DNA of 64,000 bases from Mytilus edulis (taxonomy: Eukaryota). Below are positions 35,201 through 47,880 of the stretch, piece after piece; within the stretch, counting starts at the first letter, position 1, and each line of letters starts with the position of its first letter. Both the position numbers and the translations under genes were made by a program. Below the pieces are notes generated by a model. It searched no databases and was not told the origin of the DNA. It worked only from the letters and a program-made list of their open reading frames with translations. The stretch lies in the NCBI RefSeq assembly GCF_963676685.1, contig NC_092348.1:40176001-40240000 (forward strand), written 5' to 3'.

Positions 35201-38200
35201 TTCTTATCCCAGGCATGTATGCTAATAATATTATTATTGTTTGACGTAAATTTTACATTGAGGTTCTGAAAAAGGAAATCACCAATTCACCAACATTCCA
35301 ACTGACTCCATTTTCAGAAAAAGAAATCTGGAACAAACATAAACTTTTAGTCACCGCTTTACAAGCAGAGCCAAATACAATGAAAGTCCCAACTATGTAT
35401 TGGCTTCCGAAGCTACACAAAACCCCTTACAAATATAGATTTATTTCGTCTTCAAGCCATTGTTCAACTACTAAATTGTCTATTCTTCTTACCAGCACAC
35501 TTGGTACAATTAAAAACCTGATTATAAATTGTTTAAATAAGGCCTTCGAAAATAGTGGAATAAAATACTTCTGGAGTGTCAAGAACTCGTTGGAAGTACT
35601 TGATAAATTGCATGCTTATATTGGTGATTTTGAATCTGTTCAAAGTTTTGATTTTTCTACACGGTATACCACATTGCCTCACATACTCATTAAGAAAAAA
35701 TTCACACACCTAATTAAATGGGCATTCAAAAAATCAGAATGTGAATATATATGTTCAAACTCGTTGAGGTCATTTTTTAGTAGCAATAAACAAAAAAAAA
35801 ACTATGTTAATTGGACATGCTTTGATACTATATATGCCCTTGAATTTTTACTAGATAACATTTTTGTTCGCTTTGGGGATTCCGTATATCGTGAGATTAT
35901 CGGAATTCCAATGGGGACTAACTGTGCACCACTTATTGCGGACCTGTTTTTGTATTGTTATGAGTTACAATTTATGACAAAAATAAGCAAAGACCCATCG
36001 AAACAACATCTGATAAACAAATTTAATAATACTTTCAGATATTTTGATGATATTTTGGCTCTCAATAATGACGACTGCAGTATGTATATTAATGAAATTT
36101 ATCCTGTTGAACTTACTTTAAATAAAGCTAATACTAACAATGACCACTGCCCTTTTCTCGATCTTGATATCTATATCACTAATGGAAAGCTGAATACTAA
36201 AATTTATGATAAAAGGGATGATTTTTCATTTCCTATCGTTAATTATCCGTTTTTAGATGGTGACGTTCCCTTGTCACCATCTTACGGTGTTTATATATCT
36301 CAACTTGTACGATTCGCTCGTGTATGTAACAATGTTTTAGATTTTAACGAGAGAAATTTATGTATTACTGAAAAATTATTACACCAGGGTTTTCGATATC
36401 ACAAACTAGTCAAAACATTAACTAAATTTTATCATCGGTATAAAGACATCATTCGTAAATATAGCTCAACATGCAGACTTCTAATACGTTCAGGTATTTC
36501 ACATCCAATTTTTTATGGAAATATTCTTTATAAAGCACAAAGGTGTCAGTATTCACCTCAGAAACTTAAAAAACCTTTGAATAGACTTATTAAGAAGGGA
36601 TATAATTACGATACTGTTGTCAAGTCATTAAAGATTGCATATTTTGGGTCTTTGCATCGGAACTAAACACATTTATTCTAAAAACAGTTGTTGGCATGAC
36701 ACGGGTTATGTTCTTCTCATATATGTTATGATGGTATGATACTAAACCCCTAACGGGAAGGATTGTGCCTGATGTTCATATGATGAAATCATAATCTTTC
36801 AGTCAGTTTAATTGAAGTCTGGAGCTGGCATGTCAGTTAACTGCTAGTAGTCTGTTGTTATTTATTGTATCATTTTGTTTATTTTCTTTGATTACATCTT
36901 CTGACATCAGACTCGAACTTCTCTTGAACTGAATTTTAATGTGAGTATTGTTATGCGTTTACTTTTCTACATTGGTTAGAGGTATAGGGGGAGGGTTGAG
37001 ATCTCACAAACATGTTTAACCCCGCCGCATTTTTGCGCCTGTCCCAAGTCAGGAGCCTCCGGCCTTTGTTAGTCTTGTATTTTTTTAATTTTAGTTTCTT
37101 GTGTACAATTTGGAAATTAGTATGGCGTTCATTGTCACTGGACTAGTATATATTTGTTTAGGGGCCAGCTGAAGGACGCCTCCGGGTGCGGGAATTTCTC
37201 GCTACATTGAAGACCTGTTGGTGACCCTCTGCTGTTGTTTTTTATTTGGTCGGGTTGTTGTCTCTTTGACACATTCCCCATTTCCATTCTCAATTTTATT
37301 ATAGATTACCTTAGCCGTATTTGGCACAACTTTTTGGAATTTTGTATCCTCAATGCTCATCAATTTTGTACTTGTTTGGCTTTATAAATATTTTGATATA
37401 AGCGTCACTGATGAGTCTTATGTAGACGAAACGTGCGTCTGGCGTACTAAATTATAATCCTGGTACCTTTGATAACTATTTTTTATTAGCAGTTAATGTA
37501 TTTATTAAAAAAAAACTATTTATACACCATTGTTCACATAGAGGTAAAATATATTTGACGTGTCATATTTGAGGATTGGTTTTACATAATAGAGATTAAT
37601 GGTAAAAGATAATAATGAAAAGCAAAAGAAGCAATTTAAAGAAAACATAGAGCCCAAAAGACTTCAAATGAAAAAAAAAAACGTGTAAAAATAAAGAACT
37701 AGGTTATAAAATATTGATTACAGAAAAGAACCATGTACAGAATGAAGATATAGGATTAAATTTCAAGAAATTTTACTTTTAATCTAATACAATATTCAAA
37801 ACGTTATTTATATTTTCGGGTATTATTTTTTTTATTGTTCAATAATGTTGTATTCTATCATTTTATAGTCGTAAAAAAATCGTTGTCATTGTATAGATTT
37901 GAAAACTAGCAAGGGTCCATGGTTGCTTCAATAAAGAATTTCGATATCTATTTCTATGTTAATTAGGTGTTTCAAAGAAGAATGAATGGTAAAAAAGATT
38001 TTTACAGAGATTGGAAAGAATATAAAGAAGGATTTGGAAGTCTGAGGAGTGAATTTTGGTTAGGTATGAAGTATATGTTAATCTTTTAAAACTATGAATT
38101 ATTGTATGGTCGTGGAGGATAGATATGCCTCATTGTCAATCAGAGTATAACAACCTCTACTTAAAAAAATATTCCTGCAAAACCTACAATTGTATCATAT

Positions 38201-40858
38201 TTTCACATGTCCTGGACAGATATATTATAATTTAAACCCGAGCGTGAGCGTAAGGACAAAAACATATTTTGTCAACTCCTTTAATTGAACAGACTTTTAA
38301 CGATCTAAACTAGGTTCATTTTTAATTTAAAAAAATTATTCTGATGAAGCAGATGACAATAAAAAATATTCTGAATGCAGATTTCCCCTATACCTTATAG
38401 TGTTAAATTTTGAAAGCAAATAATTTGATTGATTGAGTCGAAAAACTAAAAAAAAAAACATTTCCAATTGACAATCGGTAATAATATGTTAAATTGGTCA
38501 TTATTGCGTTGTATAACATCGAACTCGACATTATATATATTTCTTTAATTCTTCGTCAATTTATCCCTTTCTGCACCCATTGTATAACAAAAATTTAATC
38601 AACGTGTTGTTCGTTTGATCTCAGTATTTCATTGGTTAAAATCCGATTATGATGTCGAATTATATATATACAACTCGTCTAAACTCGTCTAAACATCAAC
38701 CCGACAATGTTAGATCTGTAAATTTGCTTTCGCAATTTTTTTAAAAAATTTGCGAAAGCAGATTTACAGATCTAACATTGTTTGGTTGATGTTTAGATAA
38801 GTTGTATATACATAATGTACACAGTCATGTATCACCATCATTGCTGGTGATCCGATGGATAAATCTGTTGTAGAGTTGTCACTGACTCAGACGTTATATA
38901 CATATATATATGAAGTCTCATTTGCACTCATACCACATCCTCCTATATCTAAAAAATAACAGTGGGTAATATGGGGCAAAATAGTAACCTGTATCGTTCC
39001 ATCATTAAAAAAACCATAATCCTTACCTGCTTACATCCTTAAATACTTTATTTTTCAGGTAACGATAGACTCCATATGCTGACGGCACAAGGAAAATATG
39101 AACTGATGATAACCATGGAAGATTTCTCCAATCAGAACCGTTATGCTAAATATGATAACGTTAAAGTAGGGAATGAGAAATCGAAATACCTGTTGACTTT
39201 TGGTACTTATAGGGGGAATGCAGGTATGTTTAACTAATTACAAAAAAAAGAAAAACTTTTCTTCTAAATCTAAATGAGAAAACTTTTTTTAAATGTCTCT
39301 TTTCTAACAAACAGGAGAATATTTTCATCATGATTGCGTGTTTTAACCTAACTGAAAAAAACATTGTATGTTTTCTTCACATTTCATTATAATTATTTTG
39401 TTTTCAGTGCTTGTATTCGTAACATATCCATTTACATCATTTCTTAATGTAACATAATTAATCCACAGACAAGCTGATTTGACAATCGTGAAAGTAAATT
39501 GTTTAGTGTCTTTTTGCTTTAGATTTTGTCAATTGATAAAGGATTTCATTTGAAATTTTCCCTTTGAGTTCGGTATTTTTGTTTTTTAATAATTTAGCTG
39601 ATGATTGAAAGTTCAACAAATTGGTCTTATTAAATATTTTGATAAAAAAAATTAGTCAAAGTTTTACACGTAAATTATCAAAACGATAATGAGGTTTTTA
39701 AATAGACTGTGTGCTATGGTATCTGCTCATTTGGAAAGGAGGACAATCCGAGGACGATGGTAAAATTCATTTTCAGTCTAGAGGATATTTAACTGACTGT
39801 TATGCACTCTCTCAACTTTAAATTAGTCACGACCATTACGGGTTGCGAATTTTTTTGCAGCGATAATCTCCGTCTAAATATAGTTTACATATTAAATAAT
39901 TCTATAAATTGTAAATATATCATTTAGGAATCAGTATCAAAATGATAACGAATCTTTCCTATGATAAAAAGAGACAAGTTACCTAATTTACACGTTACAA
40001 TATTACAGGTTTTTTTTTACCTGTGAAGTGCTTTTTTAAAGGTACCGTTAATCAGAAACTTTTAAACACAAAACAAAATAAGGATGTTTTAGTGTTGAAT
40101 ACACAAGGAGTTATATGAACAATAATACCATACAAATGATATAATAACATATATACAAATGATTATGAAGATCACAGTTCAAAAAATGAAAACTTATATT
40201 CGTCTCTACATGTATGAATTCAAATGTTTTTTTTGGTTTTTTTTTTTTTTTTTATATTATCGACATGCATTTGGCGAAATCAGAATTGTTGATGTGTAAA
40301 ATATACATTGTACATCTGATTTTTTTCGTACTTTTTAAAGTGCTTTTTATAAGATGATATGTAATGCTAAATCATTAAAGTGTGGTTTTAATTTGATAAC
40401 TTTGGGTGAAAAAAATCTGCAAGACGTATTTACTGAACTTGGATTTATAAATTAAATAAACCTCGTAGGGTTGTACTGAATCCAAAAGCACATATACATG
40501 ATACATGTCTTGCGTTGTTTACACGAACACTAATACAAACCGATAGTTTAACTTATTCTTTTTTTTGCAATATCGTCAAATAGTTCTTGTCTTTTGGTTT
40601 ACAGGAAATTCCCTGTCCCCTCATCATCATGACAAAAAATTCTCTACAAAAGACCAGGATAATGATGTTTCTTCTGACAATTGCGCAACAAAATACAAAG
40701 GAGGGTGGTGGTATGGCGCTTGTCATGGTGCTAATCTGAATGGACTTTACCTTTCCGGTAAACATTCTTCTAATGCTGATGGAATCAACTGGCACGCATG
40801 GAGAGGTTATAATTACTCATTAAAACGTTTAGCAATGATGATAAGAAGACTAAATTAA
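32255..40858 (+). CDS. Secreted single-domain fibrinogen-related protein (FReD; ficolin/tachylectin-5-like lectin), 247 aa, 5 exons
   Basis: Exons 32255-32333 (signal peptide [21 protein letters not shown]), 34222-34370 (PRDC..SGVYKI..VYCDMTT..GGWT), 37967-38063 ([27 protein letters not shown]), 39059-39223, 40605-40858 ([25 protein letters not shown]); all GT-AG and phase-consistent; AATAAA at ~40905. Confidence 0.92.
34378..34675 (+). mobile_element. HINE/Helentron-type element with (CGTY)n microsatellite
   Basis: 5' hairpin ATGCCCC-ATTTAT-GGGGCAT, microsatellite, 3' GGGGCATCCGTGTAC..GACACATTCTTGTT; same family as 56195-56649 and 57454-57913. Confidence 0.8.
34938..34981 (+). ncRNA. Type I hammerhead ribozyme, core variant CUGGUGA (probably impaired)
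   Basis: GCGUCA-CUGGUGA-GUCU(UAUUU)AGAC-GAAA-C-GCGC-GUC-UGGCGU. Confidence 0.7.
35221..36666 (+). CDS. Naiad PLE reverse transcriptase (partial), predicted selenocysteine at TGA 35242-35244
   Basis: ANNIIIV(TGA)[12 protein letters not shown] is in frame with ORF 35380-36666; motifs [67 protein letters not shown]. Confidence 0.85.
36717..36786 (+). promoter_or_regulatory. SECIS element (type II)
   Basis: AUAUG helix I; AUGA 36728-31; helix II GGUAUGAU/AUUGUGCC; AAA 36744-46, 12 nt after AUGA; apical mini-stem CCC/GGG; UGAU 36770-73; CAUAU. Confidence 0.82.
37402..37445 (+). ncRNA. Type I minimal hammerhead ribozyme with canonical core
   Basis: Stem I GCGUCA/UGGCGU; CUGAUGA 37408-14; stem II GUCU/AGAC; GAAA; short stem III; GUC cleavage triplet 37437-39. 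Confidence 0.85.
38665..38900. repeat. Foldback (head-to-head) copy of an interspersed repeat also present at ~21030-21190
   Basis: ~60-bp arms AACTCGTCTAAACATCAAC…GCTTTCGCAATTTTTT / AAAAAATTTGCGAAAGC…GTTGATGTTTAGATAAGTT centred at ~38741. Confidence 0.8.
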
Positions 40859-42056
40859 AAAAAGAAAAACAGATTTTCAGTCGAAAATTCAATATAAAAT
40901 GTTTAATAAAAAATATTCTACCATATGAGTAATTTATCTATCGTTCGTCAGTCCCTCCGTAGGTCTGTGGGATATGATAAAGCATCTGTAAACAGTTATT
41001 GTAGAAAAATCTACAATTTTTGTTATTTGATATTATCTGAAAACGTGGTATACTCCTCTACGGGACGTTGTTTATTCGAATCTGACATACCATTGTTTCT
41101 ATGATAACAATTCACCACCTCATATTGTTGATTTTTTTTTATGAAACAAGACACAGATACTTTATGTTTAATATTTTTTTTATCTATGAGATGATAACAA
41201 GTTGAACATAATCTTATACAGTAATTAATCACACGTTGAACATCGCATCTAATAAAATAAACTGGAGAGAAAGAATTACTCAAACTATTTTCAAATTCTT
41301 CAAAGTTTAAGAGGTGCACATTACATTTGAGGATATGGCACCAATTGTGTTTCTTTTCTTAGTATTAACCAAGTGATAAGTATAATTTGATAGGTTGCAT
41401 TCAGGAATATCTGACCGTATGGTGTCACAATGCTATATTTCTTTGTCACTTTTTTGTAGAATTGTTTCATTACAAATCATATCACATTTTTTTAATTTTC
41501 ACATTAACTGTAAGAGCAAATGCTTCGTGTTGAAGACCGTACTTTGACCTATATTACTTTTATAAATTGTGACTTTGATGGAGATATGTAACATTGGCAC
41601 TCATACCACATCTTCTTATATCTATCTACTGTAAAAAGAAACCTTTAATTTTATAAATTCGGCAAAAATAGACTTGTATGATAAAGGCAATAGTGTTTCT
41701 ATGTAATCCACTATCATGTGTCTTAAAGCTGAAATTAGCAAATGAAGATGTAACTAGCTCGGAAAATGTTAGGTAAATATCAATCTTTTTATAGGACTAG
41801 AATATGTTGCTATTTATCTATATCAGTAAACTGTGCGGTCAATGGTGCTGAAAATGTCCTTAATCACTTATCGCTAATCAATTATCCGTAAACAAAACAT
41901 TTTCAACTTCTTTTTTTCAAACAAATTTACGATTTTTCAAGCATCTTATGCACGAAGTACACGATCAATGCATCAGAATAGTGTTGGTCAATATGAAAGC
42001 GGAGCTTACTATTTTATAATGTTTTGTTTTAGTTATACGGCATAGAATATTATATC

Positions 42057-42878
42057 AAAAAGAGTGCACATGCTGAAATGTCTCGCCTTCATTACTGACC
42101 ATTGATATTATGTTGGTGGTCCTAATTATAAAGCTTTACTACAATTATCACATGAATTTAACATGATCCAAGAGAATGAGGTCACGGTCAAATAAACCAA
42201 ACAAGAAATACTTGTACACCTTACAATTATTCAATACACTAAATATAGTTGACCTATTGCTTATGGTTTCCACGTAACAGACTTAACCATGAAATCTAAA
42301 CATGGACCAATGAACCATGAAAATGAGGTTAGGTTTATGTGAACCGTGCCAGACAAGTACATGATCCAATCCTTTTATGCAACAAATATAGTTGACCTAT
42401 TGATTTTATTTTAAGAAAAACAGCACATAACACACAAACCTATCACTGAACAATGAACCGTAAATATGAGGTCAAATAAAACCTTCGAGACTGACATGCA
42501 ATAATGAAATATTTTGATTTGCCTATTAGTTATAGTATCTGAGATATGGACTTGATCACCAAAGTTTAACCTTGCTCACTGATCCATGAAATAAGGTCGA
42601 GGTCAAGTGAAAACTGTCTGACGGGTATGATGACGTTGCAAAGTACGCACATGCCAAATATAGTTATCCTTTAACTCATAATCAGTGATAAATTATCATT
42701 ACCAACAATCTATATAGTCACTGAACCAAGCGAATGAGGTCAAGGACAATGGACATGTGACAGGCAGAAACTTCGAAACATAAGCCGTCCATGTAAAAAG
42801 TATGGAGCACCCAGGTCTTCCACCTTCTAAAATATAAAACTTTTAAGAAGTTAGCTAACGCCGTTGCAAGCTCGACAC
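42057..42878 (-). mobile_element. Degenerate HINE-type element with AATGAGGTCAAGGTCA-type internal repeats
   Basis: Repeated TGAACCATGAAAATGAGGTCA and AAATATAGTTGACCTATTG motifs; AAGAG terminus with a short hairpin. Confidence 0.6.
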
Positions 42879-43214
42879 TAATTAAAGCATATAACTTTCA
42901 GCCAATGAAAGATCAGTATTTGTATGAACTAAACAGTAGATTTTATTCAAAGGAATACTGTTTCACCAAAGTAATGAAAATATTTTAGTGTTACATTACT
43001 TGAGCAAAAATGAAAGGAAGATGAAGAGTATATTGTTGCAGCAAAATGTTAATCATACAAGGCATATATCCATTCGTGCTATCATCGACAAGTTTAAGAT
43101 TTTCTCAGAGAAGTTAAGGTTAAAAGAATTCCTACGTACTCTTCTTTAATACAAATAGTGACAACTTGAATATACACAAGTGTAGTAACTTCAAATATGA
43201 ACTGATCATAATCA

Positions 43215-44082
43215 GTTTCATTCTGATTCAAACAAAAAATTCTCTGAAACTGACATTACCAAGATGCTTGATATCTTGATTGACAACGTACTTGTTACGT
43301 TCGGAGGACGTGTTTTTCAAGAGACTGTCGGCATTCTAATGGGAACAAATTGTGCTCCTCTTCTTGCCGACTTATTTCTTTATTGTCATGAGGCTGACTT
43401 TATACAGGAACTTCTTAGGAAAAAAGATAAGAAGTTAGCAATATCCTTTAACTCTACTTTCAGCTATATAGATGATGTTCCTTCACTAAATAATTCAAAA
43501 TTTGGTGACTATGTTGAACGCATCTATCCCATCGAACTAGAGATAAAGGATACAACAGATACAGTTAAGTCGGCCTCATATCTTGACTTACATCTAGAAA
43601 TTGAAAATGAGGGTCGGTTGAAAACAAAACTTTACGACAAAAGAGATGCTTTCAGCTTTCCAATTGTGAACTTTCCATTTCTAAGTAGCAACATTACATC
43701 AGCAACTGCATACGGGGTACATATCTCCAAATTGATACGATATTCCCGTGCTTGCATTTCCTATCATGCTTTTCTTGATAGAGGATTGCTACTCACAAGA
43801 AAGCTATCAAACAAGAGTCCCAGATTATTTACCGGATTTGTTATAACATAAGCAACACGACGGGTGCCACATGTGGAGCAAGATCTGCTTACCCTGCCGG
43901 AGCACCTTATATCATCCCATGTTTGGTGAGGTTCGTGTTGCTTTTTCTTTAGTTTTCTATGTTGTGTCATGTGCTCTATTGTTTGTCTGTTTGTCTTTTT
44001 CATTTTTAGCCATGGCGTTGTCATTTTATTTCCGAATGATGAGTTTGACTTTCCCTCTGGTATCTTTCGTCCCTCTTTTTCA
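43215..44082 (+). mobile_element. 5'-truncated Naiad-type PLE (family 3): RT fragment plus 3' tail
   Basis: ORF 43264-43851 with [31 protein letters not shown]; its 3' end recurs inverted at 51890-52045. Confidence 0.85.
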
Positions 44083-44275
44083 ATTAGTACACTTTTTGTA
44101 CAGTTATGTCTGGCTTAACTAATTTTACTGGTGTGATAGGATTAAAGTCGAATGCATTGAGTGTGTAGGTTGGGATAGTATCTTTCTTCGATTCCTGGCG
44201 AGCAACAATTCATTATCAAGTAAATTATGAAATGAATCGCCGGCAACCATTGTATATCGTATGAAATAAGTGATA

Positions 44276-44600
44276 TAAAATTGAAAATGGAAATGGGGAA
44301 TGTGTAAAAGAGACAACCACCCGACAATAGAAAAAACAACAGCAGAAGGTCACCAACAGGTCTTCAATGTAGCGAGAAATTCCCGCACCCGGAGGCGTCC
44401 TTCACTGCCCTTAAACGAATATATACTAGTTCAGTGATAATGAACGTCATACTAATTTCCAAATTGTACACAAGAAACTAAAATTAAAATAATACAAGAC
44501 TAACAAAGGCCAGAGGCTCCTGACTTGGGACAGGCGCAAAAATGCGGCGGGGTTAAAAATGTTTATGAGTTCTCAACCCCCCCCCCCCCCCTATACCTTC
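44276..44600 (-). mobile_element. Solo pseudo-LTR of Naiad family 1
   Basis: Reverse complement of 36980-37300. Confidence 0.85.
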
Positions 44601-46789
44601 ATATGCAGTAGTCTACTTGAGAATTATCGCGGGTGTTGTTCGGCTTTGCTTTGTTTTAAAGTAGGTCTGACACGCTAACCTACCCTTACCGAAAAGTTAA
44701 AAGAATTTCTACGGCAAAAATTTTGTCCGCAAAAGGTGAGAACGGAAGATAGGGACCGAGGATTTGTTTGATCAAAGTTCCGAGTTTGGGTATAGCACGC
44801 TTCTTTTTTTTTTAGATGATAATAAATGATTCCCTTGCCAACCATACTTTGAGTAGAAAAAACCCAAACTTTTCGTCCAATCAAAAGTACACGAAATCCA
44901 CTTGTTATGATAAACTAATGATTCGTCAGAAGAGATTGTCTAGCAAAAATGAGATTAAAGCACAAGCGCAACTTTCTATCCTTGAAATGGATAAAAACTG
45001 TTATTTTTCAGGAATGTTTTGACAGGATGCGAGAACACGTAAGTCTATTTCACACAGTATTGTATTTTTGCAAGCATTTGAAAAATTTCATAATTATTTA
45101 CGATTTTATATACAATCTAAACTGTTGACTATTAGAAATTTAATGCGTGCAGAACGTTGCTGGGTATATTGAAAGCGAATACTATTGTCTTAAAATTACT
45201 GAATAGGAAATAAAATGTTAAAACTCAAAGAACAGTGTCTTTGACTTACCTATTTATTAAAAACAGATAATTTAGTGGTTATGCATTAATATAAACATTT
45301 TAGGTACGTTTGAATATAACGTTAAGTTAAAAGAAATATCCGAAAAATGGCTGCTTGCAAAGTAACTGCTAGCGAGTGACTGCTAGCTTGAGCCTGGCCT
45401 TGATTTCGAGGGTCTAGCTTTGGATCTTCACCAAAGTTTCCGTTTCGTTGGTATATGCATTTGATAGCAACAATTAATTTTGATTTATAATGAACTCATA
45501 GACATGTGTGGTTTTAAAATGGAGACAAAAAAAATTATTTCAAAATAACGTTGTAAATATAACATATCATTATTTTGCTAAAAGCACATGGCACACATTA
45601 CACTTTCTTTACACATCTTAAACGTATTAAGTGAATGCAATAATCGGTTCTAATTTCCTCCCCTTTTCATCAAAAGAATGAAACATTACGTAATTATTTG
45701 CAGAATACATTATATGTGAGTACCGATTTTCGATTTATGAATTTGTACAGCATTATTTATATATTTTGCTAATATCCACTTCACTTAATAACTTAAATCT
45801 GAAATATACTTCTTACGATATTGATGACTTCTAATTTGCACACATTTAACTTATTTGTTTCAATATAATTAGTAAAATTGATTTGACAAAATTGGTTAAC
45901 ATTTAACATAATAAGCTAAAAGTAAAAACAAAATCATGTTCTCCTTCGCTCTGATTATCCGAACAAATAAATGTTCTGACTACTTCAAAATTAAACAATT
46001 GAAGGCTTATAAGAATTGAAAGACACACCAAAGCATTTCGACAAAACAAAGAGAAAAGCACAAATGTGCAGTATGACTATTTTTATCTAATTACTGGCGA
46101 CTATAAATTAATGTTTTTTCAAACTGATAATCTATTCGAATGGTTTTATGTAACCGTCTTTAGCTAAATCTGTCTTACAACGAACGTGTGATTTTAATAT
46201 TTTTTCTGGGATGCAATTTCTTGCAGCATCTGAACCCCCACTGCTTCTGGAAATGTGAAGAGCAAATTATTCTTTTTACAACCCACTTCTGGCAATGCAG
46301 TTAACAACAACTTGTGCTCATGCACATGACAACCGTATGTTAGCTGTTCACAAAAGTTTGTTTTTTCAACGGTTTATCATACTTTATTTGATAATTTTAG
46401 TTTACTTATTTCTAAAATATGAACATTTCTAAATGATAGTATTACTATATCTTAACTATACATGTAACAATATAGAGTATATTCGAAAAAAAGGGGAAAA
46501 AACCCCACAAGATGAAGATATCAATAAGGTAATGAAATGCAAAGAAAGACTTATTTTAGTTATTCTAGTATTAGAAGCCATGGGTTCAAGCAGATATTAG
46601 TCATGCTTACAGTGTTACCTTTAAAAATATATTTTATTGTTGTGTAAGAGATTCTTTGAGGTAATGATTTAGTCGTCCTGTAAAATTAATCTGATTTTCA
46701 CAAAATGTTAATGTTCCTTAATTAAATAAAAAAAATGATAGCTCTAAAGAAATAGTTTACTGTTTTCAAATTTATTTTAGAATTTCGAC

Positions 46790-47880
46790 TGGGTGTATGC
46801 TTGCTATCACACCGACATTGCCTTATTTTTGTTCATAACCCCCCAGATATTGTCCTAGGTATAACTGAAATAATTTTACCAGTAGTTTTGGATGGTTGTT
46901 TGGCTGTAGTTGAAACAAAATGAAATGACTTGATGTTATCATTAACAAAATAGGGGTTACCTCCAAAATAAAAGTGTTTAAATTCCACACGAAATCTAAC
47001 TATATAAGCTTCTTTTTTTGGTTTCAATTACTTTTGCCGTCGTCCAAATACAGAACTACTCTAGAGCCAGACGAACGTCAATGCCTTACAAATGGACGTC
47101 AAACTGTTGCAAATTAACATTAGCAGCTGTAGAAATATTTAAAAGTAACAAAAAGAAATTTCCATGAAAAATTAAATAAGTTCTGTAATTCTCAGGTATC
47201 CTTATATGATACACACATCCGGATGTGAGATCAAATTTTATCATGAATCCATCTTTAATTACATTATTCAACTTCAGAAACTTCTTCAAATGAAAATTTG
47301 TTCTTTTGAAAGAATTGATTGACGTGACGTAAATCAATGATTAATTTTTCTATTCCTCTAACAATAAGAGAGACACTTAATGGGTTAACCACGTGAGGAA
47401 TGCAATGTTTACATTCTACTACGGCTCCGTAGACAAGTAGTTGCTTCTCAACAAAACAAGCAAGCTCGATAGCTGATATATTATTGTTTAAATGAGTTGA
47501 AAATACATTTTCAAAGAATGGAACTAAATAACCGATTGAAATAACATTTAAAACGAAGTAATTTGCTTGTAAAATATCTTTCTAAAATGCAAAATTATAA
47601 TTTAGACTTCCAACCCAAAAAGTGATTGAGGAACAGCTCATATTTTCATTTTCATAATCCCAATCTTGTAAATTAAGTATATATTTAGCAGTTTTAATAC
47701 TGTTTCCCGGTTTGGAGTCTTTAGGCTTTCTTTAGGCACTGGTAGGCAAAGTATCCTTCTCCGTAGCAATATAAGCACCTGTCGCTCTTATTACTACCGT
47801 AGTATTTGAACTGGGAGTATACGTTCTGTAGAGTGTTAGAGATCTGCCTTTCAGTGATTCTTCTGGATTCGATGTGCCAG
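46790..47880 (-). pseudogene. Decayed DIRS-like (tyrosine-recombinase) retrotransposon RT region
   Basis: Frameshifted remnants HLNNNISA…PHVVNPLSVS, DLRHVN, GFMIKFDLTSG..YHIRI..YRTYL and TGKIIS, resembling DIRS RT motifs (FDLKSGYHH). Confidence 0.6.

Larger units (their letters stand above)
35217..37302 (+). mobile_element. 5'-truncated Naiad-type Penelope-like retroelement (family 1)
   Basis: RT frame 35221-36666, then a ~630-bp 3' region containing a SECIS and a pseudo-LTR that recurs elsewhere in the window. Confidence 0.88.
34885..37480 (+). mobile_element. Retrozyme (~355-nt monomer bounded by two type I hammerheads), interrupted by a Naiad insertion
   Basis: Direct repeat 34885-35015 / 37350-37480 carrying the hammerheads; halves 34885-35216 and 37303-37480 rejoin at AGGCAT|AGATTACC, as in the uninterrupted copy at 4960-5020. 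Confidence 0.8.
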
